Source: Amphiscolops sp. MND2022 (lineage: Eukaryota). Taken from it: a DNA stretch of 64,000 bases. Where the stretch lies: NCBI GenBank assembly GCA_964187785.1, contig OZ076409.1, positions 59,398,001 through 59,462,000 of the forward strand, written 5' to 3'. The translations under genes and the position numbers were made by a program. The notes beneath the pieces are model-generated. The model did no database searches. It saw only the letters and a list, made by a program, of their open reading frames with translations, and was not told where the DNA came from. Positions 51,532-64,000 of this stretch are shown here, piece after piece; positions within the stretch are counted from its first letter, which is position 1, and every line of letters begins with the position of its first letter.

Positions 51532-54500
51532 TGGCGCAGTCAGCAGCTTAAAGAACTATTAATAATGAACACCGGAGAGAAAGAGAGAAACAAATACAAA
51601 CTTCCAATTTTGAGAGATAGAGAACAGACCTGACAAAAATCAATCCCGGAATGTGATGGGAGCAAATATCGGAATATATTGACCTCACATATCAAAAAAA
51701 CTTGAAAGACCAAATGGACCAGGGTACTGGAACCATAGATGTTCATACAGCTTACCATATCAAGGGCGATGTCATTTGGGCATTGTGCCCAAAATCAAAA
51801 CATGAGATAATGAGGGGCCAATGGGCAGCGAGCTGAAAGACGTTAATCTTTCAGAACTACTGAACTTGTTAAAAAAATGTTCATGCTCGCCCGAAATGTT
51901 TTCCATAGCAGAGCCCAATTTTTCAATGTCGAGCAAGAAGAGGAGGAAACACTCGACGAATATTGGAATAGGCTGGTGGACATCGAGAGGAAAAGTGAGT
52001 TCAACCGAATAACACCCGAAGAAATCATATAAAAATTTGCTGCCACAATCTGCGACAAAAAAGCCCGAAATAAATTTATTAGAGCGCCACTAGCGCTACG
52101 AACCGTTCTCGAGACCATAAGGTTGGATAACTACAACCGTAAATACGAGACAAAAACAAAAGAACAAAAAAACAGAGAAGAGTCTCATCGAGCAGCTCCT
52201 CTAACGGGAGAACAAGTTGCTTCTACGAGGCCAGCATGGAGGCGAAAACCGTTTGACACCGACAAAAAAAGCTTCCAAACCGAAATTGCCACTTTTGCGG
52301 CAAACATAAATGGACACCCGAACTTTCATGTCCGGCACGGAAGCCACAATGCAATAACTGCAAAAGGACGGGATATTTCACCAGGGTCTGTAAAACCGAA
52401 ACCGTAAACCGGGTTAGGGAAGAAGACGAGACAGGCAGCAACACGGAATCGTGGCCTGAAGTGGATCACCCTCAATCCGTCAACTGCGTTAAACGAGCCA
52501 AAAGCTTTCATCATCGAAACTGGATCCCCAATTACAATAATTCGACCGAAAAAAATCCCGAAGGAACTGAGGAAAGACAAAATGTGCTTTGTGGACGTGA
52601 ATGAAAATCAGATAAAGTTCAAAGGCGAAGCAATGGTGGAGGTCAGAACCAAGAAAAACAGAGAAAAGCTACCGATACTCATAACGGAAAACCAAAACAC
52701 CCAACCATTACTCGGATTGGACTGGTTAAACAAGCTGGACATTGGACTGCAAGGTAAGGCAACAAAAATACCAACATAATCCGGAACATAAATACAGACG
52801 AGAAGATCGAAAAAAATCTTAATGAATATGAAGACTTGTTCAAAAACAACAACACAATAAAAGAACTAACAATCGACATCCAGCTGAAAACGAACACTAA
52901 GCCGATCCAACAGAAGGGAAGACCGGTACCCATACATTTCCAAAACAGCGTTTGATGTGATTTAAGAAAATTGATTGAATAGGGGCACTTAAAAACGCTG
53001 ATCAAACAACGGATACTTGGTTCGTCTCACCAGCCGTCATAACCATAAAGAAGGACAAGTCGGTCAAAACAACCCTAGTTCAAGGAAACTAAACGAGTCC
53101 TGTGTGAAAAGACAAGCGACAATGCCCAATATAATGTAACTGGTCAGTGAAATCTCCGCCGAGAATTCCAAGAGCAACGGAAAGATATGGATGTCAAAAA
53201 GTGACCTGGATTATGCCTATGGGAAAGCCAAATTGTCCGAGGAAACTTCAAGGCACTGCGTCGTCTCCATAATTGGAGGTGACTTCACCGGACGCTACCG
53301 TTTCAAGAAGGGCCTTTACGGACTTTCAGACATCCCCACGGTCTTCCAAGAACATATCGATAAGGTTCTGGAATTTGAAACGCCAGTATGGCTAGACAAC
53401 ATAAATTTTGTGACAAACAGTACTTCGGAAGAACATGAACGGGAACCACGCGAAGTTCTACCTAAACTGGAGAAAGCAGGGTACCCTGCAAGCGAGAAGA
53501 AGAAGGAACTATTCAAAAAAGAACTGACGTGGCTTGGCTACCAGATAAACCAGAGTGGCGTAAAACCGATAAAGGACAAAACCGAAGCGATAACAAAATT
53601 GGAAGCCACAAAGAACGTGATTGAGCTGAAATCATTTTTGGGCTCAATGCAACGTCTATCCAAATTCATAAACCACCTATCACAGAAGACAGATAAAATG
53701 AGAAGAATATTGACACAAATTGGGAATGGACAACTGAAATAAACAAAGACTTTGAGAATTAAAAAAATCACTGAGGCGCCGTGTCTGGCACACGTTGACC
53801 CAAAGAAAGACCACTACGTAACTACGATGCATGTAATACGAGGTTGGGAGCAACAATATGGCAAAAGAGGGTGCAGTGTTTAATTAGGCCGGTGGCCTTT
53901 GCAAGTAGCTTTCTTACCAACTGTGAAAAAAATACGCAGTTAATGATTTGGAATTGCTAGGCGCGCTGTGGGGGTTAGTACAATTCAGATATCACGTCAT
54001 TGGAAAAAGGGTAAAACTATTAACCGACCATCAACGGCTGTTAAAACACACGCGAACGAAATCACAACGGCCACTCACTTGAAACTTTACCGATTAGCAT
54101 GAGTTCAATAAACTCAGCCATGCATACGCAGAAAGTTAAGATGGACAAAATGAATGGCATTGACATGGCGTTCATCTTCAAAAAACGGGGCCATTTCCCC
54201 GGAACGCATAGGCTACGCAGGGAGCCTAACAAAATTCTAAAGCCAGAAAAAAATGCGAATCGTCGAAAAAGGACGGTGAAATGAAAGAATTCAGGAGTAC
54301 ACACCGTCACAGAAAGACCGCAAGCAAGTCTAAATGCTTAAAACGGAGATTTACAATAAATTGTTTCACTATTACGGAAACATTGCCACGACTCTGCTCC
54401 AGGAATATCAACAGAACATCCTCGAGTCATGGCTGAACAACGCGGTAGGCGAAAGCCAAGTTAGCCAAGTCAGCGAAGTCCAGATTGAAAATTGCCGGAC

Positions 54501-55260
54501 AATTGCCCTGAAAAATTTTAAGAAGCACGAGGCCGTCAACTTGGTACGCCTCAAACATTCAGCTGAACTGAACACGATGGAGGCGGAACGGAATGAAGAA
54601 TCTACGGAAGCTATACAAAATGCCGAGAACAGTTTTACACTCGACGTACCATTACTCGTGGAAGAAACGGCCAGGGACGTTAAAATCCTCGGCGCCATTT
54701 CTGCAATTAAAGCGGACTATACAGACAATATGTTCTACCATTACCGACCACACGACTTGGCCTGCTATTCTATATCAACAAGATCGTGATCCCCGAAGCG
54801 CTGAGGACATCAGTCGTCGCCATGCTGCACCATGGAAACGCAGCCACGGACAAAATGGAGAAGGCATCACAGGCCTTCTGCTTGGCAGGAATGTATCGAG
54901 AGATACAAGAAAAATTGGAAAGCTGCCCCAATTGTAGAGCCGAAGGTAAGAATTTCAAAACACAAATACCCAGTACGGAAGTAAATAGGTTAGAAATTCA
55001 GGACTTCGCTGGTCCAATGAAATCCAAAACACCCGGAGATGTATATATTTTAGTACCCATTGACCGTTTTAGCAAATGGCAGACCGAACAAACTAGTAAC
55101 AAGCCTGGAACGGCCCAAGTTCTAACGAAATTTTCTTCAGATAACGGAACTCCACTGACCATCCGCACCGATAACAGCAGTTGTTTGAAAAGTAAAGAGT
55201 TCAAAGAATTTTGTTCTTGTCAAAATGTATAAGGCATCCGATGCACGCCAAATGTGCATA
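51532..55260 (+). pseudogene. Decayed Ty3/Gypsy retrotransposon (gag, PR, RT, RH, IN fragments)
   Basis: PBS-like TGGCGCAGTC at 51532; Cys knuckles CHFCG..CPARKPQCNNC near 52270-52390; IIETGSP; RT ORF 53191..53742 (DLDYAY, WLDNI, ELKSFLG); integrase IDRFSKW and IRTDNS; many stops and frameshifts. Confidence 0.85.
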
Positions 55261-56858
55261 CCGGATTGATTTTGATCGAAAAGACCAAACTAAAAGTCAG
55301 TGACAGTAAACGGAAAATTACACGGAATTAAGAACTAGAGAAGTTTTGAAAATATGCAAAAAATACAAAACGGTTAGAACAGAACTAACGAGAGGAATCG
55401 ACATGACAAAATGGTTGGACTGAAAAGGAATTGGACATTTAAAAAGATTTCATTTCAGATAAGCTCCGAAAACTCTACTACAATTTACATGGGCAGGGAA
55501 GCAAACAAAAACGGCAGGCTTTGCAATCAAAGATTTGATCTGGTTACTCAAGGTAGAACTCGAAACGAAACACAGAGACTAAACAGACAGAAACCGAATC
55601 ACCTGAAAACTTCTTCGTGGAAACTGATCGAAATGGAAAAGGAATGCCAAGAATTATGAATTTCGAAGCTGTTGCTCCCATTCATGAACCACACACTCAC
55701 GCACAACTAAATTTTAAAAAGGAGAAACTAAAAGAAAAGACAATGAAGCTGCTAATACACAACACATACGAGAACAAAAACAAAGATAACACCCTACTAG
55801 AAGCACTGATACTGAACAAAGGAAAACAGATGGAAATTGAACTCGTCCAAAAAGAGAAAAGTTTTGAGTGGAAAGTTGAAAAGCAAGTTTATAACTTCTG
55901 GGCTATGTTATTTTTACAACGCAGCAAACATATGACCTAATGCATACAAGACTTACGCTCAATCAGAGATCAAACAATTACGGAAAAAATAAACGTCCCA
56001 AGGGATTTAAAACGAAGAATAATAATTTAACGAGAGAGCCAAGATGTGACCAGCAAAAGTGAGAAGCCACTGGAATAAAAACCACTGGAATCAAAAAAAG
56101 TCTTCATAATAGATAATGGATCGGCCATAACATTGATGCCGATAGACGAAACTTATACAAAACAAGCTGATACGCAAATAACAGAGGCCTCAGACCAAGA
56201 CATCAATAAAAACGAAGTGAAGTTTCTGGACAAACTTTGATAGACATCGCCTACGAATACGACATAAAAATAATGAGAAACAAAAGGTCTGCTACGCACC
56301 GTGATACTTTCCTCCTTCAAGTATTCAGGTTTAGCTTCCGAAAACAAGCCGGGATTGGCCCATGTTGATGCTCGTTCAACTTAAAAAACAAGTTTAATAA
56401 ATATACAAAAGACACTATCGTTAAATTTTTATGCCAGCGCCGAAAACTACTTTTTGCCCAACTGGAAACAACAAAAAACCATTTCTTGGAACGTTGTTTT
56501 CGAACAGTTTTGTCTTCAGAAACAATTTCATAGTGCCGACCCAACAAAAGTTATTTACGGAAAAAGCCCACAATCCTGAAAAATGCATATTTTCCGGAAA
56601 TTTCGAGAGAAGAATCATCAATTCCACAAGACTTAAAAAGATTCGACGAGGGGATCTTCGGGACTCCGAAATAGGTTTTCCTCGACAAAACCAAACGATG
56701 GAAAACAAAGTTCGAATTTTTTTCACAAATAAATTTTACAAGAATCTATGATCTAAAAGATGGCGACCAAAAAAAAACCAAACGTGGCCCCTTATGCTCG
56801 CAAAACGTTTCGTTCCGCTAAAATTTTGCATAGTGCTGAAATTAGATAAAACCCGAAC

Positions 56859-57200
56859 ATCCGCCTCCTCCTTGTAAAACGCAAGGTACTTCGGATATAA
56901 CGTCAAACCTTGGATATGGTGCAAAAATATCGATCTTCCACTTCCTCCTTAGTGAAACGCATGTTACTTCGGATAGAACGGCAAAAGTTCAGATTTAGCG
57001 TGCTGGAACACATAAGAACCCCTTCTTTCTAACCTCCGCCTCCTCCTTTGTGAATCACAATTGACATCGGATCTGACGTCAAGCTTCGTCAGATTTTCGG
57101 ATATAGCGTCGTGGGACAAATGATAGCGCATTGTTTGAACCTCCGCCTCCTCCCCACCAGAACGCAATTTACTTCGGACATAACTCGGACATTACTTCGG
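56859..57200. repeat. Four diverged ~80-105-bp units (CCGCCTCCTCC...TACTTCGGAYA); a related inverted copy lies at ~36325-36420
   Basis: Motif recurs at ~56859, 56936, 57031 and 57138. Confidence 0.65.
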
Positions 57201-57799
57201 ACATTGCGAGTATGAAAAGAGGATATTGGAACATATAGAAACTTATGGAAATTTTATTTTATAGAAATCTGTCAGATCGTTGATCTTAAAAAGCCAGCCA
57301 CTGCCCAAAAAACCAGCCAATCGAGGGTTTTCTTGACGACTAATAAACAAAAAAACTTTTTCTCAAACCTGAGTTCGAATCAATAATTTACTGTCTGGTT
57401 GTCCGTTGCCTCAGTTTTTCAGTAGTCAGAAAAACCCCGGATTTGTACGGAAAACACTTGTCTATACACTGCGTTAGGAGCTCTAATTTAAGAAATAGGG
57501 CAATTGTTAATGAAATTGGGTAATGAAACGGTTAAGGGAAACAGAAAATGCTTGTTTGTTAGCACTTTTCGAATTTCCTATGAAGCACCTTGCTGCTGGT
57601 ACTCTAAATTTTCCTAAATAATTTTGGAAAAATCCGTTGGCGGGAGCAACTGCTGATGAAAATAGGAAAATAGCTATTGTAAAACTAATAGAAAAGTGAA
57701 CTCATGCACTTCAAAACTTTAAAAACCTCTTTTGAAAGGTTAAAAACCATCTTATTTCCAAGAATGAAATAAACGCAATGGGAACAGGAGAAAAAAAGT

Positions 57800-58050
57800 A
57801 AACACTATCGAAGAATTCAGATTGATGTTTGAAAGACGTTTTAGGAGACGGCGCCCTTTGTTCAATAACGACAATATAATAGTCACGACTGAGCTCATGA
57901 AAAGTTACTGGAATGATCCACTTCGCTCATCAAGGAATCACCAAAAAGTCAGCCGAGAATAAATTTTTTGATAGCTGATCATTACACTGAACATCCAAGA
58001 AAAAGTTAGCAGTTACATAGCCTGCCTTGCTGCTAGTGAGAATTTGAAAA
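57800..58050 (+). pseudogene. Eroded retrotransposon integrase Zn-finger fragment
   Basis: Broken translation IIVTTEL..LLEMIHFAHQGITK...IQEKVSS.IACLAASENLK. Confidence 0.45.
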
Positions 58051-58712
58051 CCGTTTACAAAAACAAGAAAGCAGAAAATTAGATACACTCACCTAACTGC
58101 GACATAAAAAACCAGAACGTTTTCCACCGGAAAACTACAAAAAAAACTAAAACTAAACAAATGAAGCCAAATATTAGTAGCCATAAAAAGTTTAGTAGGA
58201 GGCAGACTGCAAACATATGCTTAATTTGTATGTTTAGAGAATATAGAATATATCTTTCTAGAAGCAACCCATCTATTAGTGTTTGATCAAAATATGACAC
58301 ATGGTCCAGCCCATGTTTTTCGTCACACAATGGGTCATCTCTAACAATTCCATAAATAATTTCCCAATGTTTCAGTTTTCAGTTTTTCCTACTTTTTCCG
58401 AGGTGACAAATTGCCTAAAAATTTAAATACGTTTAGACATTGAGACTGTAAAATTCTATATTTCGGCTTTATAGAATTCGTAAGAATTTCTACTGTTAGA
58501 ATTTGAAAACAGTGAGAGTTCAAGATTCTTTTATACGAGAACAGTAACAACATTAAAGTGGGTTTTTCAATCCCGCCGTTTCAATTTCGACTCAATCGTA
58601 AATCGGAAACAAATTCACTAACTGACGTGAACAGATGATTTTAATACACTGAATAGCAAGACCTTTTTCAAGTTTATTCAGAACGTGTGTGAACAAAAAG
58701 TAGATGTTTTGG

Positions 58713-59458
58713 ACATGCAAACATTTTTCTCAAACGATTTCTATTTCCTATTTAAACTAAGTGTTATTTGCACGGCAACAGAGACATTAAAAGGTAAATA
58801 TTTGAACAGATATTAGTTTTCTGTTTCCTTCAAAGTTTCATTTTCAAAAATCTGTTTCCTCATAGCTAATCGATAGCCATAAACAAAACTGCTTGCTTTT
58901 CTATTGGAGCATATATTTCTTTTGATCTTCAAAGATATATCAATTAAATGACGCAAACTCACTCACTGAAACTTGACACTTTAAGAAATTTTTTGGAAAT
59001 ATAAAAATGATTGTCAAAACCTTCCATCATCAGTCGCTTGAACTAGATCAAAAATTTGATTCGCCAACGGAATGAATGGAAAAATTGTTCAATTCTTCTG
59101 CCATCGGCGAACTTTTTGACAACCATCATCATATACGCACTGCAAACTGCCTAAAGATTCGAAATTAGGGTAAATTATTGGAAGGTCTGTTGAAAATATG
59201 CCCATCAGGTCTAGTTTGTTCACTCAGACGATAAGATAAAATAATGACAAACGACAAAATCAAAGGCTGTTTTTGATTAAAAAATTAAATATTCTTTTTG
59301 TACAGACTTTAACTACTTGAAACCACCCGTAGCCCTGTTTGTCAAAACTTTAGTAAAACAGAGCTTTTGTTGCAAATTGTATATAAGCAAACATGCAAAC
59401 ATTTTTCTCAAACGATTTCTATTTCCTATTTAAACTAAGTGTTATTTGCACGGCAACA
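58713..59458. repeat. Exact 68-bp direct repeat (58713-58780 = 59391-59458)
   Basis: Identical sequence ACATGCAAACATTTTTCTC...GCACGGCAACA. Confidence 0.9.
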
Positions 59459-59532
59459 TTCTCCGGGCCCAAGAAGATGAGAAATATTTGATGAATAAAA
59501 CAAAAATACTTTCTCAATCCTTTTTTGATTTT

Positions 59533-59732
59533 NNNNNNNNNNNNNNNNNNNNNNNNNNNNNNNNNNNNNNNNNNNNNNNNNNNNNNNNNNNNNNNNNNNN
59601 NNNNNNNNNNNNNNNNNNNNNNNNNNNNNNNNNNNNNNNNNNNNNNNNNNNNNNNNNNNNNNNNNNNNNNNNNNNNNNNNNNNNNNNNNNNNNNNNNNNN
59701 NNNNNNNNNNNNNNNNNNNNNNNNNNNNNNNN
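59533..59732. other. Assembly gap (200 N)
   Basis: Run of N. Confidence 1.
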
Positions 59733-59756
59733 AACAGCTCAATAGAAACAAACGGA

Positions 59757-62700
59757 TTACAATAAATCAGGTAAATCGGGGGAAGGAAGGACTGGGGCTA
59801 GTTTCACGACTGGGCGAACGAGGTTTCCAGACGTGGTTCTAACTTCGGCAGAGCGGGCGACGGCATCGCTGCCAAAGTTGAATTTAACGACACGCGCGAG
59901 AGGGTAGTAGCCTCTCGGGCTAGAGGGTTCCACGATCCAAACGAGATGTCCTGTTTTCAATTGCCTGTCGGCCTGTGAGGACCACTTTGAGCGACGATTC
60001 AAAGTTGGCACGTATTCTTTCAGCCACCTGTTCCAGATAGCGTCAGAATAAGCTTGGGCTCGTGCATATCGCTTGCGGTGATCGAAATCACAGTTAGAAT
60101 GGGACGGTAGCGATGACCCAGCTGTTCCAAGCAAGAAGTGGTTGGGCGTTAACGCATCCAAGTCAGTTGCATCTGCGCTTGCTGGAACCAGCGGACGAGC
60201 GTTGAGGCTCTGCTCCACAAGGCAAAACACAGTTGTTAGTATCTCGTCGGTCAAACGTCTATTGCCGAGTATCGCATAGAAAGTATGCTTGAAACTTCTC
60301 ACTAGTCTTTCCCAGACACCGCCATGGTGTGGAGCACTAGGAGGATTAAACTTCCAGTTGACACCTTTCTTTACCATGGATTCGGCAATTGATTGATGGT
60401 TCCACTTGAGAACGTTCTGGAGTAATTCTTTCTCTGTTGCAACAAAATTCGTCCCATTGTCTGACCAGATAACAGAAGGGATGCCCCGACGGGCAACAAA
60501 TCTCTCAATTCCCATGACACAGCTGCTGGTATCCATTGATGGCACAACTTCGAAATGGACAGCGCGTTGTCAGGCATGTGAAGAGAAATCCCCACCGCTT
60601 CTCTGTGGAGCGTTTAACAGAGACGTAGAAAGGGCCAAAGTAGTCTAAGCCAGTGTTTGTGAAAGGTCGCGATGCAAACGCCAGGCGTTCTTTTGGCAGA
60701 TCGGCCATTATCGGGGTCATCGTCTCTGCTCTGCGTTTGCGACATGTTACGCATCTGGTTTGGATAGTCCTCAGTGTTGTTCTCAATTTTACAATGGCAA
60801 ACTTCTGCTGTATCAAGGCTCTCAAGTATTCGACGCCCTGATGGTAATGTTTCTCATGAAGATGTTCCAGAAACAGTCGAACTGCAGGGTGTCGACTATC
60901 AAGCAAGATAGGGTGTTTGACATCGAAGTTGGCAACTTCCAGATGTTTTGTTCGACCTTGAGCACGGAGAAGGCCGTTTGGACCGATGAAGGGGGAGAAA
61001 TCTTTTATAATTGAAGGTTTGCTCAATGGACAAGACTTGAGCAAATTTTTTGTTTCATTCGGGAACGATTCGGATTGTACCAAGAAGAACAATTTCTGCT
61101 CAGCACTTTCGAGCTCAACGGGGTCAGTAATTGTTCTTGTTTTAGTTCTGTTACAAGAGAATGTCGGTGAAATACGCAAAATGTAGGCAACAATGCGCAA
61201 AAGTTTCTCGTACGAGCTGTACTTTTGCCACTCGAGAGTTAAGACATTAGAAGCTACACTTGCGGTATTTGCTGTGGTCTCTTGGTAGACTGGCTCGGTG
61301 TTGACTTCAATGAAATCGAAGTTCTTCAATTTAGTTTTCAAGATTTCTTCTGACGGCTGAAAAGGCCAATCAGGAGTCATCAAGAACTTTGGACCTTTGA
61401 GCCAAGGACTGTCTAGCAGAGCGTTCGCCGACAGGCCGCGCGTGCCCGCGTCTGCCGGGTTGTCGGCTGTTGGGACGTGGTTCCATTCATCAACCGTCGT
61501 CAACTCAAGAATTTCGGCGACTCTGTTGGCGACGAATACGGGTTTCTTTTCGATGGAATGGAGCCACTGAAGAACAGTCGTACTATCGGTCCACATGAAT
61601 GTTTTGTCAACCGGTACTGTTAGTGCTAGTTGGATTTCGTCTTTAAGTCGGGCTGCTAAGAGGGCAGCTTGGAGTTCCAGTTTCGGTATTGTTAGCGCTT
61701 TCATCGGAGCGACACGAGCTTTCCCAAAGACAAAGGCTAACTGGGTTTCAGTCCCTTCGTTGCTGTCCACTCTCGCACGGAGGAAAGCAACAGCTGAAAA
61801 GACATCTTGGGAACTGTCTCCAAATACGTGTAACTCGACGCTTTCCATAGTTCCGCGAAAGTAGGATCTCGGAATTGTTATCTAACTCAACTTGGGAAGT
61901 TCTGCGGCCCATTCAAGAAACTTTTCCATAATGTCGCCAGGCAGGTTGTTGTCCCATTGTTGCCCGCTCAGGCGCCAAATGTCTTTCAACAAGAGGCGGG
62001 CAGTTACAGTGTATGGCGCGACAAGACCAATGGGATCATACACTGCGGACACTAAGCTAAGAACAATGCGCTGTGTAATTGGTCGGTTCAGGTCAGGCGT
62101 GGTGCCTCGGCTGACAACCAAAGTGTCACGACTGTGGTTCCATTTTAAGCCCAACACGTGACAAGTCTCTTCGTCTGTTGCTAAGACTTTCTCGGTCGAG
62201 TCGGTAGGCAGTTGAGATTTCGGGTCGACGCGGTTGACTAAACTTGGTACATTGCTGACGAACTTGGTTAGTTTGAAACCACCTTTCGCTAACATTTCAA
62301 CAAGGTCTTGGGCTTTCTGGGTTGCTTCGTTGACGGTTGGGCTTGACTCAAGATAATCATCCATGTAAAAATGGTTTTCGACACTATTGGCGGCTTCAAG
62401 GAACTGTATTCGGTTGTCACGAGCAGTCTGTTGCAAAGCGTAGTTGGCACACGTTGGTGAATCCTTGGAACCGAAAATGTGACGCACGTATTGGTACACA
62501 GCGACGTCTGTTGCTGGGTCCTCCCGCCACAGAAAACGAAGAGACGGTCGGTCTTCAGGAATTACACCAACTTGTAAAAACATTCCCTCGATGTCAGCGG
62601 ATACGGCGTAGGGATGTTGTCGGAATCGCATGAGTTTAACATGGATTAACGTTTGCAACAAGTCAGGACCAGTTAAAAGTTGGGTGTTCAGTGAAACACC

Positions 62701-64000
62701 ATGAAATTTCGCTGCACCATTGAGCACGCGGCGTACTTTTCCTGGCTTGTGAGGGTGAAACACTGGGTGGTGCGGTAGGTACCACTCACGCGGGTTGTCG
62801 ATTCTAAAACAGTCTGACTTGTCGATTTGAACGATGTATCCCTTTTCGAAGTCGTCTTTAATGGTCTGAGCGTAACTCGCTTTCCGTTCAGGAGATTTTT
62901 CGAGTCGACGTTCAAGGGATTTCAATTGCACTAAGGCTGAAAAGTAGTTGTTGGGGAGACTACTCCCGTCATCAGCCCACAACATACCGACCTGATATCG
63001 GCATCCGTCATGATATGTTGTTTCTTGCAAAAGTTTCGACGCTCTAGCATCGGCAGCAGAGCGCGGGTCTACTTGTTTCATTGCAGCGAAAGACTCCATT
63101 TCATACCAACTCCGAAGTTGATCGGCCAACTTGGAGTCACTCTCACTTTGCGTGACAGCTTTGAAGCAAGTCGAGACGAGTCCCGAAGTCGAAGGCAGAG
63201 GTCCACTCAAAACCCAACCCAACGGTAATCGGACGGCAATTGGAGTATTTTTTCGGTCGGCTTCAAAATACTCCAACGGGCGGATTGAGTGGAACACGTC
63301 TTGACCCAGTATCATTTCGACGTCTCCGTAGCTGTACTTGCTCAGAGCAACGGGCTCCAAGTGAGGGTATTGTTGTTTCAATTGGTCAACATCAGTGACA
63401 TCGTTTCCAACATGCAAGTTTTTTCTGACGTGAGGTTTGACATCAAAAGTAGAGCAAGAGCCACCCGAATGAACAGGTGTCAACTTAAGCTCAACTATTT
63501 GAGTGTCAACAACTTGTTGAGAATTGATACCATGAACGGTTAGTTTGGTCGGTAAGCCCTTTACGTTCAACTTGGTTGCGAGATCTTCGGAGATCCAAGA
63601 GTGACTGCAGGAGGAGTTGCACAGGGCCAAAACTTTGACGGAGGTGGTTGGTGTATGAACTTCAACTTCAGTTATTTGAAGAAGTCCTTTCACATCGCTC
63701 ACGGAACAAACTCCGGAGCTTTCTCCTGCTTTATTCACAGTTGTTCTGGGGCTACGCGATCCAGTTGCTTGGTTAGTGGACTGTTTCGGTGTCGTTCTTG
63801 GTTGAAAGACTCTCTCTGCGCCATGTAGCAGGGTGTTGTAAGAGCTGCTACATCCATCTTTGTTGCACTTGCGTGGTTGCGGACATTGTCGGAAAGAATG
63901 GTTTCCTTTCAGACAAGAGAAACAAAGTTTGTTTTCGGCAACAATCTTTGCTCTGTCGGTCGGCGTTTTATCAAGAAACACGCGACAGCGCCATAGTGGA
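59757..64000 (-). mobile_element. BEL/Pao LTR retrotransposon gag-pol, disrupted, extending beyond the window
   Basis: Knuckles CFSCLKGNHSFRQC and CNKDGCSSS(H>Y)NTLLH; YLPHHPV; ADIEGMFLQV; YMDD; YDPIG; LHVFGDSS; TIPKLEL; GLDYFGP; SDNGTNF; GGVWERLV; LTPNHFL. In-frame stop at 61882-61884, frameshift near 60560, protease Asp replaced by Asn (LCNSS). Confidence 0.95.

Overview
AT-rich, repeat-dominated eukaryotic DNA, most likely from an animal (it carries a spliced class A GPCR gene). Half the window (1884-31588, minus strand) is one young, very large Ty3/Gypsy-type LTR retrotransposon with 715-bp LTRs that differ at only 3 positions. Its reconstructed native size is about 18.9 kb: a single ~3,088-aa Gag-Pol ORF plus a 1,426-aa extra ORF in the env position. 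Unusual features are a tandem pseudo-protease/protease, a post-integrase tail (AT-hook, Cys cluster, two tandem TARG1/OARD1-like macrodomains), an SGNH-fold-like domain in the extra ORF, apparent 3-bp target-site duplications and a PBS offset 15 nt from the LTR. This copy also has a 10.8-kb internal duplication whose 7.6-kb pol part is inverted (order A-B-C^inv-B-C-D), which could yield a giant hairpin RNA. The rest of the window holds two diverged solo LTRs of the same family, a foldback/MULE-like element with a 9-bp TSD, a tRNA-derived SINE-like copy, three exons of a rhodopsin-family GPCR, a decayed Gypsy element, an assembly gap and a disrupted BEL/Pao element. All domain calls are by-eye motif recognition, not database searches.
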